From NCBI GenBank assembly GCA_051294905.1, contig CM119374.1, forward strand, positions 25,358,001-25,422,000: a DNA stretch of 64,000 nucleotides. The letters are read 5' to 3'. The notes beneath the pieces are model-generated. The model did no database searches, was not told the DNA's origin, and worked only from the letters and a program-made list of their open reading frames with translations. Positions 1-13,375 of this stretch are shown one piece after another. This DNA is from Botryllus schlosseri. Lineage: Eukaryota. A program made the position numbers and the translations under genes. The stretch's first letter is position 1, and each line of letters begins with the position of its first letter.

Positions 1-295
1 ATATTTTCCGCACTCGCGCTTTTCATCCTATAAAGATGCGATCGCAAGTTGCTTTCTAGTTCTATCACGTCATTAACAGCAAACCCGGTGTTCGTATTAC
101 CGAGAAAAGCAACGACAGTCTTGACACTCAAGTAGCATTTCCACCCGGTGACTATCGCAAGTCAGCAAGGGCGCAACAAAAATTATGCAATATTGGCATT
201 GACTATTAAGCCCAATGCTGATGTTCATTTGAATCGCAAATCCCCAGTGAATACAATCTTGCTATTACGGAGCCACATGACCGGTAATTTTGATA

Positions 296-448
296 GCATA
301 CGGCTGCATGCCTACGCTATAGCCTACGTCGCAGGTTCGAGTCCGACCGTGGTCGACTACAGGATAATTCCCCAAGAGCGTAGGAGGTTTATCTAGGTTT
401 CTCATCGTCATTTGATCCGATAAAGGTGGGCCGTGCTATAAGTCAGCA
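296..448 (+). mobile_element. tRNA-derived SINE, family A, copy 1
   Basis: Box B-like GGTTCGAGTCC followed by a body (GGTCGACT..GGAGGTTTATCTAGG..CGTCAT.TGATCCG..GTGGGC.GTGCTA.AAGTC) shared with copies at ~29.3, 38.5 and 40.3 kb. Ends approximate. Confidence 0.7.
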
Positions 449-1937
449 GCTAAGATACAATCAATACCCTACCACTATTGGCCTGCTATAAATTGACCAT
501 GCCGATAGATGACGTAACACCTGAAATACTATGTGATACAATAACAACCTCTGCCTAGTGCCTACGCGTAAACCTTCTGGTCCTCATAATCGACCTAGTA
601 GTAAATTACAGAACAAGTTGTCTTTTAGTACGGCAGTAAATGACATTTTCCCGCTTGTTTCGGTGCTCTAAGAATAGATACATATAGGGCGTGCATTCCG
701 ACTACAAACATTTATTTTCCCTCGTGCCTGTTTCCGGTGTAGCGAGGATGTTGATGAATAATTGAGTACACTGGTAAGTTCGACACTCGTTTCAATTTCA
801 CAGATGACAAACGTAATTCGACTGGTCTTTTGTCAAACTTTTATTTCCCTGCCAGCAGACGCGGGGTGATTAATCATAATAGCGTAAGGTAAATAAACGG
901 GAAGCACCCATCTCCATAATATCATTCATGCTAACGCAGTTTCCAATTAGCGTTTCTAAGGCATAAGCGATGTATTCTGCCAGTAAAGAATACGTCAATG
1001 CATACAGGAGAACAGACACTAGCACTAGACCGTTCTCTGGGTCAGATCCACTTTATTACACTTACGAATGAACACAGAATTAATCTTTTCATATCAAAGC
1101 TAGCGATTACCGCCTCATACATAATAATACTGTCTGAAATAATCACAACATCCAGTACATGCAGACCGAATATATTAGTCCTTCACTAGTATGTTGCGTC
1201 AGGGCCAATTCCGAAGATTTGTGTTGTTTTCAAAGGTTGCAAAGAACTGTTGACTGAAATGTACATTGTACACATCACTAATTTAGTAATCCGAATGGGC
1301 AGTGGACACTCGGAAATGCAATGATGCCACGAGCCTCTCGATGCACAGTGCACACGTGTATATAGGAGCGGATGAATTCAGTAAAAATTCAATCATTGGG
1401 ACTCCTCAAGTAAAACGATGTTGTCTGATTATCATTCCAGATAAAATTTTTATTCTTGATATTAGTTATTAAAAGCTGCCTCCTATTCACATTGCTAATG
1501 ATCCAAGCGCCACACATGTGCTACCTTAGGCCTTCATATTGACACATCTTTCAATAAACTGGACTGGCGTGAGCATTGAGCAACTCTCCTGAGCCGTCGC
1601 GTGTGATGACATTGTAGTATTTTGACACTACTGGGTCTGTCGCCACGCATCAGTAAAACTGCAAGTTGCGTTTTGATGTCACCGGCGTAACAAAAATCAC
1701 CTCTCAACTCATTACGCTTCGGTTGGATATGCAAACGATCATCGGCAATTTGTCAACAACCGACAATTAATCCTCGGTTTAATACGTTCCCTGGGGATTA
1801 TCTGTCAACTGAGTGGTTGGTTTGCGATAATCATTTGTCGTGGTTACTACTGCGGCTTGCGATTGTGAACAATCTCTGGATGAGACAACATGACTTAAGG
1901 TCAACATATATAAATATTATGATGCTAATAGATATGA

Positions 1938-1966
1938 TGAGAGAGAGAGAGAGAGAAAGAGAGAGA
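1938..1966. repeat. (GA)n microsatellite
   Basis: gagagagagagagagagagaaagagagaga read directly. Confidence 0.9.
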
Positions 1967-2728
1967 CCAGCAGTCTTCGCCTCAGAAAGTGTCTTCGTAT
2001 TGATCGCGGGATACCAGTTGCTTAATTGAAAAGCCTCTGATTAATATTGGAGACATAATCGCCACTAACAGTCATAATTCGACTGCTGATCACACCAAAT
2101 TGCCTGCAGCCAATGATGAACAAGACAGACGTGTTACTACGAATCTTATGTATGAGTCAATATGTCTATGTGGAACCCATGCGAATGCCTCTGAGAACCC
2201 CGGTCATGGACCACTGGCTTAGTAAATAAGTCATCACTGCTCAGTGGTTCGCATCATGATTTGACCACCATTTTACATTGGATGCCCTGTTGGTGCAACC
2301 CTGCCCATTCAAACAGCCTTGTAACTGATTTTGTTCGACCCTGACTGGATACTATGGACAGCTCGTGTGATTCGAATACGAGACCTTTGGTCTGCGAAAC
2401 ACCGGTGCAACGAACGAGCTGTGGCTCTCAAGAATGATTTGAATTGCCATTATATTATATTGTATTATATAACAAATATGATATGACATATGCTTCTCTG
2501 ATATGAGATAACATGCCTCCAAGATAATAATGACGACGGTATTCATATTGTTTGCAAACATAAATTAGGAGACAAAATAGAATCAGTCTCGTTGTATGCA
2601 GCCTCATACAAGCATTCGTATACGTTCACTATGCATACCGTGGGCAGAATATTATGCTGAGTGGAAATAATTTCCAATATTCATCCCATATGAATGCTTA
2701 ATGTTCATCTAAATTTTATGATCTAAAA

Positions 2729-3356
2729 CAGGGGTCGCCAACTCAGTTTTCACACCACGCCACACAGCTTAGCAACTACGTTTCCAAACCGTACGTCAGT
2801 ACAACGCTGTGCCATACCTGTGGTAACTCTGGGCATAGTTACCACAAAAGAAGTAATATTTTAATAAGTGAAGACGAATAGAACAAAAAATCATGATCAT
2901 CAATTTCATTTTATTCTGTGCAAGATAGGCCTACCTGGCAATGCTTTTCAGCGACGAAGGAATCGATATTGGGGCTAGCGAGAGACGACACCAGCTGAAA
3001 GACCATCTCCACGTAAAGCTTGATTTTATGGGTAGCCCTAAGCCGCTTTCTACGCGTCCCGGTCGAGCAGCGATTAGTTAGTCTATTGCCCAATTGCCTA
3101 TGCCCATTGCCCATTCATATCATCTGATTCTCCCTCGAGGGAATGCTGTTGCAATTGCCAAAGACGTTTTGGTTAGTGAGGAATAGTGATATTGGGCACA
3201 GGCGAATAGCTTATCCTTGAAACAACAACAACAATCTATTGAAACTGTAATCAATTTCGGCATTTCAAAATGCTTTTCTCAGCATTCATCCGAATTATCA
3301 AATCAAGTCACGGGCCGTAAAATAGGACCTCACGGGCAGCGTGTTGGTGACCCCTA
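2729..3356. mobile_element. Non-autonomous hAT (Charlie-like) MITE
   Basis: Termini CAGGGGTCGCCAAC / GTTGGTGACCCCTA; degenerate TSD atctaaaa / acctagaa (6/8). Confidence 0.65.
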
Positions 3357-3803
3357 ACCTAGAACAACCCACAGGGACAAGAATATCGAACTTGCTTTAG
3401 GTAAGTCAAGCGGACACCGTAACCGGCCAATTAAAATCACGTTCAGTGCAGCTTACCATGAATTGTTGACGTTATTAATGGTGCTCAATACTTGATAGGT
3501 CACAAGGCAGGAGAACGCCGAGGCTATCTCAGTGCATGGTCATTGACCATTGGTCAATCAGTTGCAGGATTTTAAAAATTTATTGTCGTCATCTTATAAC
3601 AGGCCAGCGTAATCCCTTTTTGCAAGCTTGAAGTAGTTGGGATTTGCTAATGACACTGGTGAAGGACGAACATACGCAGAATCATTCAAATCTACACCTT
3701 TGCAGTTATAACTATAACATACCTTCGTAACTTTTGAGCAACTTAGCAAACAAGCTCCATCCATTTGATGCAATTTGTGTTTTGTATGCTCAATCTTATA
3801 GCT

Positions 3804-5142
3804 CAGTGGTTCTCAACCTTTTTTGACTCGCGCCCCCCTTAGAGATGGTCAAAAAAATCGCGCCCCCCTGACCCCCTTGCATTTATCGTCATGTCAAAAA
3901 GAGCACATCATCTAATACAGAGGTGGGCAACGTTTTTGATAATCATGGCCGCATTTCGATTACTTATGTACGGGGTAGCGTAAGGCCGCATTCCAGGGCA
4001 TAGCCGCAATGAACGATCTGGACACAAAATTCCTATGGTAAACTGTCCATATCCATTCCCGGTGAACTCCGGACTATTCTACTTTTCACAATGGCCTATT
4101 GTACGCAACGAAATCGCGAGTGGCAATGTTATGAATAGTTGCCGGGAGGTGCATATTGTCGCGCGGAGCGCGAAAATTTTTCAGGGCTGCGAACGAATTG
4201 TTATTTCTTGCCAATTCCCATCCGGCTCAGATTAAGACGGGCGCTACTGCATTAAAATCAAAAAATGAAGTCTTGTTGAATTGCGCGGAGGGCGAAGAAA
4301 ATTTCAAGATTAATTAAAATCTCTCGAAAATGCTGGAGTGAATTCGTAATTGCAATTTGCATGTCTACGGCCGCCAACATATAGCCTACTAATTGAATTA
4401 GGCGTCGAACGCCTCTCAAATTCCCTTCTACGGCCGCAGGCTGCCCACCCCTGATCTAATAGTATACATAAGGTATATCTTACGCCAATTTTGAATCGGC
4501 ATTCCAGCTGTTGAGTCTTTTACATGACAAATTTCTCCAAACTTGTTTGAAAATAACAAAAAACATTGAACAAGACATCCATTAATTAATTTCAAGGTAG
4601 GTCACCCTGAGACTAATCCTGATGCTGGTCGTGAGTACAGAGCGCAAGGCGTCGTTCTGTCCTGCCAGGCTAAATTTGATCAGTTTTGGAAATTAATTAA
4701 ATTGTGTTGATTTATAGCCTAATTGAGGGCGAAACCGGGCAACCTATGTTGCATCTAATTCTGTCTTAGGCAGTGCAGTTCGCAAGCTACTAACAAGAGC
4801 TGCCCAGCGCGCCAAGCTTTAGGCTACTGTCAAAGCTATCAAGCAATGAATGACTTACACGTGGGAATTGCTCTCTATATCTCCAAAGAATTTCAAAAAT
4901 TTGCTCAAATCAAGTTGAAATCAGACTATACTCCGTTGAGCGCGGTTGCTAGAGTTTGCATTTTGCAAGCTTTCTTGAATATGTAATAAATTTCATCTTC
5001 ATTAATCGTCTTCTCATAATGGATGTGAAACACATGTTCGGACACGTACAATTTATACTAACTTTGTCAATTTCTCGCCCCCCCCCCTGAGAGCCTTCCG
5101 CGCCCCCCAAGGGGGGCGCGCCCCCCAGGTTGAGAACCCCTG
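3804..5142. mobile_element. Non-autonomous hAT element, outer member of a nested pair
   Basis: TIR CAGTGGTTCTCAACC / GGTTGAGAACCCCTG, subterminal CGCGCCCCCC motifs, TATAGCT repeated at both flanks. Confidence 0.8.
3918..4453. mobile_element. hAT MITE nested in the 3804-5142 element
   Basis: TIR CAGAGGTGGGCA / TGCCCACCCCTG; perfect 8-bp TSD ATCTAATA at 3910-3917 and 4454-4461. Confidence 0.9.
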
Positions 5143-6473
5143 TATAGCTCCTGGCTTAAGTATAGTAATATCACTGAGTGATAATAGGCTACTATCAAAT
5201 TTTATGTTTTTATGAACAACTCAGATATCAACTGATGGTACAGAGCGGTTCGCATTTACGGCCACTGCATGCACTTTTGATTCCTTTGAGATAGCAGGTA
5301 TCGTAAAACGCGATACCGGCCGTTATGCGTGGACTGACAAGCAACAATGTCTACAAATGCTCAATGATATTCTTCGGTTGTCGAAGAAAAACTCATTTCG
5401 AGTTACGGCAATGAACTCACTTGAAAAAACAGTTTGGTGCTCGTATAAATGGTGCATGAACGATTTGTATTGTGTTGAAGGTTTGAGATACTTTATGGCT
5501 TGCATTATCATTCGGGTGATTGAATTGATGTGTATTGGTATTCTTAAAACTATATTATTTAAAAAGCTTCTTGGAGGTACAGAACTATATTATTTCGGTT
5601 ATATTTGCAACACAAAATAGTTAACATGCACTAAGTTTCCAATTACATATATTGTATACCTAGGGGTGGTCAGCAACGACGTTATTCTACATCTTCGTCT
5701 TACTTGAGTAGGCTTTGCGTATTTCCACTATTCTTACTTATGTGGCTGAGATTGTAGTGTATTACAACTTATACTGAACAATTTTAGTAAGAAATACTTT
5801 TACACTTCGGATTTTTCACAGTGGAAACAGTTTTTGGATATGTTTGCTTCACTGGAGTGAAATGATCAAATCAACGAGGTTAATGTTATTAGTCATTTTT
5901 TGTTAGTCGCGAAAATGCACCCTGTAATTTCGACAGCATAGCCACGTTCTATTAACCTTTAAAGGTATGCGAACCCTCAACCAAATATATTTCTTTAACT
6001 ACTTATTTGAGTGCTTAAATGAGACTTTCATCTTCTACTTACAGTTTGACAGGTCTTTGAAATTGTTATTTATACTTCTAATTGAGTAGAGGATGGCGTT
6101 ACTTCTACTTCTACTTGAACATATGATTACAGCATCATCATTACTGTAGCTCGTCGGAAACACACGATAATATTATTTCTGGTAACGGTTATTTAAGCAC
6201 ACAACGCGCAACGGAACAATAAAATGATAAATATATGAGAATGTCACCATTAGTTTACACTTGATAGCGAAATAGAGGAGACAGGACAGTTACCCAAGAA
6301 CAATATTTCAGACAGGCATAAAAGGAAGGAATGAGATTTGTATTAAGTGCTGTCCGACTGCCACTATAATGTTCCTGGAAGGTGGGAAATATATCTTTAT
6401 ATTTGCATCCTTTGCATTCCCAGCCAGTCATGACGGGTAACAATTTCCGTTTATGGCCAGGATATAAATGTTT

Positions 6474-9400
6474 CTATTGCGACTGATTGCATAACTTGAC
6501 TCTGTAATTTCTGGCCATCAGCTTCCTCTTCCAATCTGGAATCGCTTTGCCTTTTTCGTCATGCGTCGCCATTCGTTCTAATAATGTTTCGATGTCGGGG
6601 ATGTCTTCTTTTTCTGTAAATAATTAGTCATACAATTCATATATCCTTTCGAGAGGAGTTGAATGTGGGCCTTGTAGTAGAGAGAATCGTGGATGATCAT
6701 CCACTTGGATAATTCAAGTAAACATAAATGGAAAATGGAACATGAGCAGCTTGTCAAATGAACGAATTATTACCATGGATTACGTGAAGTCAACTGACAG
6801 ACCACCTACGGGGAAAGGCACAACACACGCATTCAATACTTTGACCTAACAAAATCGAAACACAAATCTAAGCCCGTGCGTAGTGCCCAGATCCCACGCT
6901 GATAAAAGAGTAAGCAAGATATTGATCACAACCGGACAACTGAGCCTGTACTCAAATATATGGAACTGATTTAGACGGCGAAGCAGTTGAAGTGTTAACC
7001 ATGAATTACGAATCCCGTCTGAATTTTGGATAGGTAAATAACCTCTATGTATAGGCAAGGCATGCAAAGGAGTATTATTAGTAGGGCGATTTTTTACCTA
7101 GAAGACGAAGATTCCGATCTAAAAAATCAAAATTTTGACATTTTTTTACTTTAAAAAGCTTAATTTTTACCAAACGTATGCAAATTAAGTGTTTTCCACA
7201 TAATGTTAGAATGGTACTACTTATCTTCATTCCTGGTTGGAACTGTCTGTCCTTACGAAGTAGTAATTGTTCAGTTACATTGCAGTATACCTCGATACAA
7301 ATTCATTATCACTATAGCATATCAAAATTTTATTTGCTGGAATAACCATTTGAATACCAACGAGCGTCAAAGTATACGTACATACCGTTACCCTCTCTAC
7401 GGAATAAAGACAATGGGAATACCATTGTCCGAAAGAGGTAGCCAGTTTGCTAGCAAGATTTTCCGTTGGACACATGCGGTTTAGCAGCCGATTTCCTTAC
7501 AATTTGGGGACTAGATTCATACATGTGCGATGGGACATGGGTGTCACATCAGCTAACGTGTTTTAAATTCTACTGTCATTGAGCTTCTTTATAGTTAGTG
7601 GAGCGAAACGTTGCGCATCCAATTTAGTCTACAGATATTCTGTCATCGCCGAAATTATCGTCTGATGCTGAAGAATTGGTTCTATCGCCGGGCATATTCA
7701 TTCGCTCAATGTAGTGGAATTATAATAATCGGACACACGGCCTATAATCGGAGATAATCATCGCGTATCTTAAGAAGTAATAAGTACTTCGATTTTTAAA
7801 TGTTTGGATTTTGTAAAGTGTAAATTAGTTTTAAGGTAAGTTTGCATCATGTTTATGAGAGAAATCGTTGTAATATGCGTTTGAAATAGACCCTGTATTA
7901 ACGTAACTGAATACATTTTCGAATATCTCCTCAACCTCGACTGTCGTTTGTGATCTATCTACATTCTATATTTATAAGCTACTCACTTGAGTACTTTTCA
8001 AATCCTTTGCCTTTCTACGTCCACATGATGTATAGTTTTGACTTGACTTGGAATGCGATGTTTCTACTTGTAATCGAGTAGACAATTACCGTGGTACTTC
8101 TACTTTTACTTGAGTATCAACACCGACTACTCTTACTACCTCTGCATATCTCCAATAATAATAAATATTATGGTATCATATCATACTTTTAAAAGGTGTT
8201 CCGCTAGGTGGGGCTGTGGCTGAACCCTGTTGCTCCAAACTGTCTTGCGCGTTAGCGATGAAGGACGGCACTTGCGAATTCGGCACGACCCGGTACGTAG
8301 TCTTTTTCTCGAACGGTTTTGAATCGCTCCACCGCAGCTCAGCGTTGGCCGGGCCGCTGTCTTGCTTCTTTTTTCTGATCTCGCTCGCGTCGTACACCGG
8401 GTGCCTGACGCTGGACACGACTTTGACGTAGTTCGTATTCGTGGCATTGACAATCTGGAGTGGCAGAGAATCGTGTTTCGAATTGTAGAGTGTAGTATAC
8501 GGGAATACGTTTTAATCCTACATGAAGTACGGTTATAGTTTGGATTTGCGCTGGTAAAAAATAACATCTTCCAAATGGGATTATGCTATTGATTAAATTG
8601 CCAGGTTGCCTAAAAACCTGTACACTGTGTAAACGAAAATATTGTATTTCGACCACTAACACCATAGCATAAGAGGGTAAGAAGGTAAACGGTACCTTCT
8701 TGTAAAAAAGTTTGCTTTCACTCCAGTTTCCAATGGGTGAACGAGTCAAATACACAAGTGCTTATTGGGATATATCCATAAGGATTGGTGTATTTAACTC
8801 GTTTTCATCCACTGGAATACGTGTGAAAGCAAAATATTGTACAAGATATTGTCGTTTGCCTGATTGGCACAATACGTCGTGCAGATTTACACAGTTTGTA
8901 CACTGAATCAGAGTAATTTCCGGCCATCGAAATGAAAATAATAGTAATCACGGTGGCGCATTATGCAACCTGTAAATAACTTCAATATGAGAATTCCATT
9001 TGGAAAAAAGAGTCTTTTCCCAACATAACAGCCCTAATGTTAAGTGAATGAACAAGTAAATTAAAATTACTGTCGGAGATTCCTTGTTGTCAGTGGCGTC
9101 GTCTTTTCCCACTGAATTCGCGTTTCGTCGTCCTAAAAATAGCATTCTATTGGCTGCGATCCGCAAATAATAATTTGATATCATATCGTGGGATGAGGGA
9201 GTATGAATGAGTTCGGATTCGTCTTAGCACGGAGATATGTCATCTCCCTATTCTAATGTGAATTAACAAAAGCGTCGCGAGGTTTCATCGATATTATCGC
9301 AGTGTAAACCTACATTATGTAGGTTACCTCGTCAAAAATTGAATTTTCATGCAACAAATTTTACCAAGTCTTAAAGTTATAGTTCTAGTCGTATAGTAAC

Positions 9401-10124
9401 TATAAGTCGATCGATTTGTAATATTGTGATTGAAATTGGTTAGAAATTGTGGGAATTTAGTAAACGAATGTTTGATTTTAAAATTTATCCCATGCAAGTC
9501 ATGTAATTGTATATTATCGGTATATTGTCTATTAATTTGAACGTAAATGGCGGGAAATGACTATGAGCGTATACTAAGTCGTGTAGTCAAAATATCGGCA
9601 GAACGAAAGAACTTATGCGAATATTTACTGGAGTAGATACAACTTGTGATGACACCTTTTAACATATGATAAGTTAACTCAGAATCTGAGTATATTCACC
9701 TGGGAGAGCAATTGCTGATAGCATTAATAACATCTGACCTATAAAATCAGATACTGTCACATGTGTGTTTTGAGACAAGGCTTTATTTATAAAAGCAATA
9801 ATTGCAGTATACCTTTGAAGGCATCTGCTGCATTCATTATATCATCGTGCATTGGGTTTTTCTCCAAAGCCCTGACGTCTCTATCCGCATACAGTCTTAG
9901 TGTTGGAGATATCGGTGTCGGTGATACAGGTGTTACCGGATTCTGTTTTGGTGTCTCTGGCACAGTCTTATTCGGTTCACCGTCTTTACTATCTTGTAAT
10001 GCAGGAGGCTCGTCATGAAATATTAGCTCTTCTGGTTTAGGGGGCGGTGGAAGCGGAGGTGGAGAGGGCTCTCTTGCAGGAGATGTGCGTTCCGGTGATA
10101 CGCTGTATCCATCAGGCGCCACCT
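6474..10124 (-). CDS. Espin/forked-like actin-associated protein, partial spliced model. Exons 10124-9813, 9132-9071, 8454-8187, 6613-6474; 5' end unresolved (could extend to the ATG at 10248 or to upstream exons)
   Basis: Four exons with canonical AG/GT sites and compatible phases (1-1, 1-0, 0-1, 1-stop). Pro-rich segment (EPSPPPLPPPPKP); strong GC3 bias in the 8.2-8.45 kb exon; last exon IETLLERMATHDEKGKAIPDWKRKLMAR matches the espin motif [21 protein letters not shown]. Confidence 0.7.
7975..8144. mobile_element. Right end of a decayed hAT-like element with TACTTGAGTA subterminal motifs
   Basis: Repeated tacttgagta / tacttttact motifs ending in ...ctacctctg; related motifs near 5700 and 6100; no matching TSD found. 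Confidence 0.35.
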
Positions 10125-11916
10125 CTGAAACCGGTAAAGAAAGTTTAATTAACTCATATGGATTATTACCGATTACTGCACTAGTATATGTGGTAACTAA
10201 ATCATCAAGTACAGACGTGTATAGACCGTAACGTTTTACATATGACATAAGCTAATCAGCAGTAGGCTATCTTAAGAAGTTTGATACGATATATTTCTTA
10301 AATTGACAGCGCACTGCTTAAGCAATCTGGTACTATAACCTTCGTCCAGTTAAAATTTATCACTCTACTATTGATAAAGTGCAATATCTACCTATGAATC
10401 AAATAGTCAAACAATCCACGTACTCTTGTATATTTTAAATGGCCTGCCCCTGTTTTGGTTTATCTACGACGTCTTGGATATATGCGATAATATAGGGGGA
10501 TGTAGCGCACACCCAATCACGTATAGTGTGCTGACGTGTATAGTTATGAGGGGGATGGCTTATTACATCATGAAATTGCTGAATGTCTAATGTTAAAACC
10601 ACGCCCAGAAGCTTTCAATACGACATGTTCGAAATGAGAGCTGATTTATATTTTATCTATTTATTTATTCTATTGATTTATGTGCAGAGCAAAGGCATTT
10701 TAAGATATGTTTTTCAAAAATGCTATTAAAATATTAAAGATCTTAAATAGATAGAAATACATTTCACGTGCGACGCAGGCGAAGAATGAACTAAACATGC
10801 TTTCGATCTATAGACTTAAGCTAAAGTTATGTTATGTGTTGGCACCGCGTTATGAATGTATGTATGAATGTAATCTATGAACTTACAATATTGTGTGAAA
10901 ATGTGCGCTCTGTGGCACCATCGCATGTCTCAAGAGACTTATCCGCCAGACCGACCAAATAAATGCGAATATACAAGTCGAAAGAACATACCAACACGAA
11001 CCAGATCCCCTCTTTCGTTCAGCCGATTAATGTACACCGGTTTACGACTCATTATGCCTTCTATCTTTTCAAATCCCTAGCTATATGTACAGTACAACCC
11101 TGCGAACAACCTCTTACAGGTGCACGTTAAATGTCTTGCATACATTATGAAATGTCTAACACCGATCTGTTACTAACACTACGAACAATTATTCGCAATA
11201 AAGTACACTTCAAATATCACATGAGCACATAAACCGTATACACAAATATCCGACGCCTATACTGTGCGGTCGCATAATGGAACGGATTCCTTGCGCACAT
11301 AAACTGACAACAAACGACCTATTTATTGTGTCTAAGTCTTATTGTACAGCTTTCTTTATTCCTATCCAAAAGGACCGTGAAGATATAGGGCCGTCTGTGA
11401 TACCAGTACAGTCACAATAACGCTGTTTCACAATGCGGTGAACAAAAATTGATATCGTGTAATTACGGAAAGCCTGCGCTCTCGCGTGGAGAGCCTCGGG
11501 TTATAATGCTGAATCCGTCATGTCAAGGAAATAGAGTATAATTACAATGTAATGTTCATTTCCGAGTGTTTCGCATAGTTCATCACTCACGGCGTGATCT
11601 GAAATTCGTCACGTAATCAACCGAAGGATGTACAAGGTGTCATCAAGCGAAAGGAATTTCTTAGACGTTGTTGTGCGAACGTGCATACACCCTGTAGTTA
11701 CAGGTAACAATGTATACATTGCACTACGCGTACGTGTACGAAATATTGATTGTTCCAACGATTAGATTCATATATTATATATAGTGGGTGTCAAGACGCT
11801 TGAGCACTTGAGAAATCATTGCAGCCTTTCCAAGAAACTTGGCTTTGCCAAAATAGAAAAAACTAAGATTGTGAAATATACGTCTACAAGTTGCAGTCGT
11901 AATAGTGTGTTATACA

Positions 11917-12452
11917 TAGGGTTGCATTTAAAACTACCATGTTTGAAACAAGGCCCTTGTTTAAAACATGATTTCCATTTCTAACTTTCATTTTTTTAAA
12001 ATTTTAGCCATGACGTCACGAATATTTAATTGTGACGTCACAGGGGATTGGCATTGACAAGTAAAAATATAGGGTAAAAAATATGGCTTCTTCGACGAAA
12101 AGGGCTTCAGAGCACTGTCCTAAACACACCAAAAATATCTGTAACCAGGATTACATCGTTATGAAGCATTTTACATACACCCATTCCGTACCAATGATCG
12201 ATATCGACATGCTAAAACTGTTGTACCGACGACAATTTCGAGGGTTCCAGCCACCCTACATCGATAGAAGCCGACTATTTCGGGGGAAAATCGTCCGCAA
12301 GCTCATACTACATGGGTATTCGGACGTGGCATAATTAGATAACGTTTGAAAAAAGAAAAACAATTTTTTAAGAGGCATTTGTTTAAAACACTGCTCCAAA
12401 TCTGTTATAAACAAAGTGTTTTTAAACACCGTTTGTTTTAAATGCAACCATA
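11917..12452. mobile_element. hAT-type MITE family 'AGGGTTGCATTTAAAAC', copy 1
   Basis: TIR TAGGGTTGCATTTAAAAC / GTTTTAAATGCAACCATA; internal TTTAAAACA and TGACGTCA motifs shared with the copies at 41424 and 45356. Confidence 0.85.
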
Positions 12453-12859
12453 CTTTAACACCGTTGGTTATCGTGGTGTCGGGATGCTTGTCCGGTATGG
12501 GGTGAATAATTCTAAAATAAACCGAGATGGGCGAAATCGTAATACGGCGCGTTAGAATCCAAATCCATGACTTCTGGCTCGGATCGAATCGAGTAGAGTA
12601 TTTCCGAATTATATATTGATTGTTAATATTGATACAATCAGATTTGCACTGATCCATACCAAAAGAACTTCAACACGTGTGGATGAATTCGGAATCGGAG
12701 GAGACACATACGGTTTGGGCTTCACACAATGATTCGACTATACTCGAAAACGAATCGAGCAGTAATTGTAATGGTTCGAGTCGAATAGTGAAATACGAAT
12801 TTTTTCAGTACTGAAATTATACAACTCATGCTACTGGGAGTTATTTTATCAACTATTCA

Positions 12860-13375
12860 AACCAGTTGATGCAAAGTTCTTGTGGTAGAATATTTTTTAA
12901 TTTATTTGACACAAATTTCAATTACTATATACCCCATGAAACTGTTATGTTGTCTGGAATATCGATGCACAACAAATTTGGCTCGATTCCAACCAGTAGA
13001 AGCGCAGTTATTGCAGTAGAAAATGTTGGATTTGGAAGATATAGCATTTACGGTGGCATATTCTTGAAATATTTATTATAGATCTACTCACCGTAAATAC
13101 TAGGATTTGAAATCTTAAATTTTGAACATCAATAACTTCGCTTCTACTCGCTGGAATTAAGTCAACTTTCTTGAGCAGCGTTTTTTTCAGACAACCCAAC
13201 AATTTCATGGTGTAGCAACTAGCCAGTGTAATTTGAAAAAAAACTTACATTTATTTTTAATAAATAAATCCAAAATTTTCTACTATACAAGAACGTCACT
13301 TCCAATATTGGAATTGAGCTAAAAGTGGTGCGCAGCGTTTAGTTAAGTAACCTAACAATTTTATCAAGTAGCCAG
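12860..13375. repeat. Long imperfect palindromic (foldback-like) element
   Basis: 12875-13070 aligns by eye with the reverse complement of 13090-13300 (e.g. ccatgaaactgttatgttgtctgg / ccatgaaattgttgggttgtctga; agtagaagcgcagttattg / agtagaagcgaagttattg). Confidence 0.7.

Noticed and set aside
8181-8755. ORF-track proteins 8181-8567 and 8339-8755 (minus) and 8216-8431 (plus)
   Set aside because: Alternative frames over a GC-rich real exon; only the IVNATNTNYVKVV.. frame fits the splice phases and codon bias.
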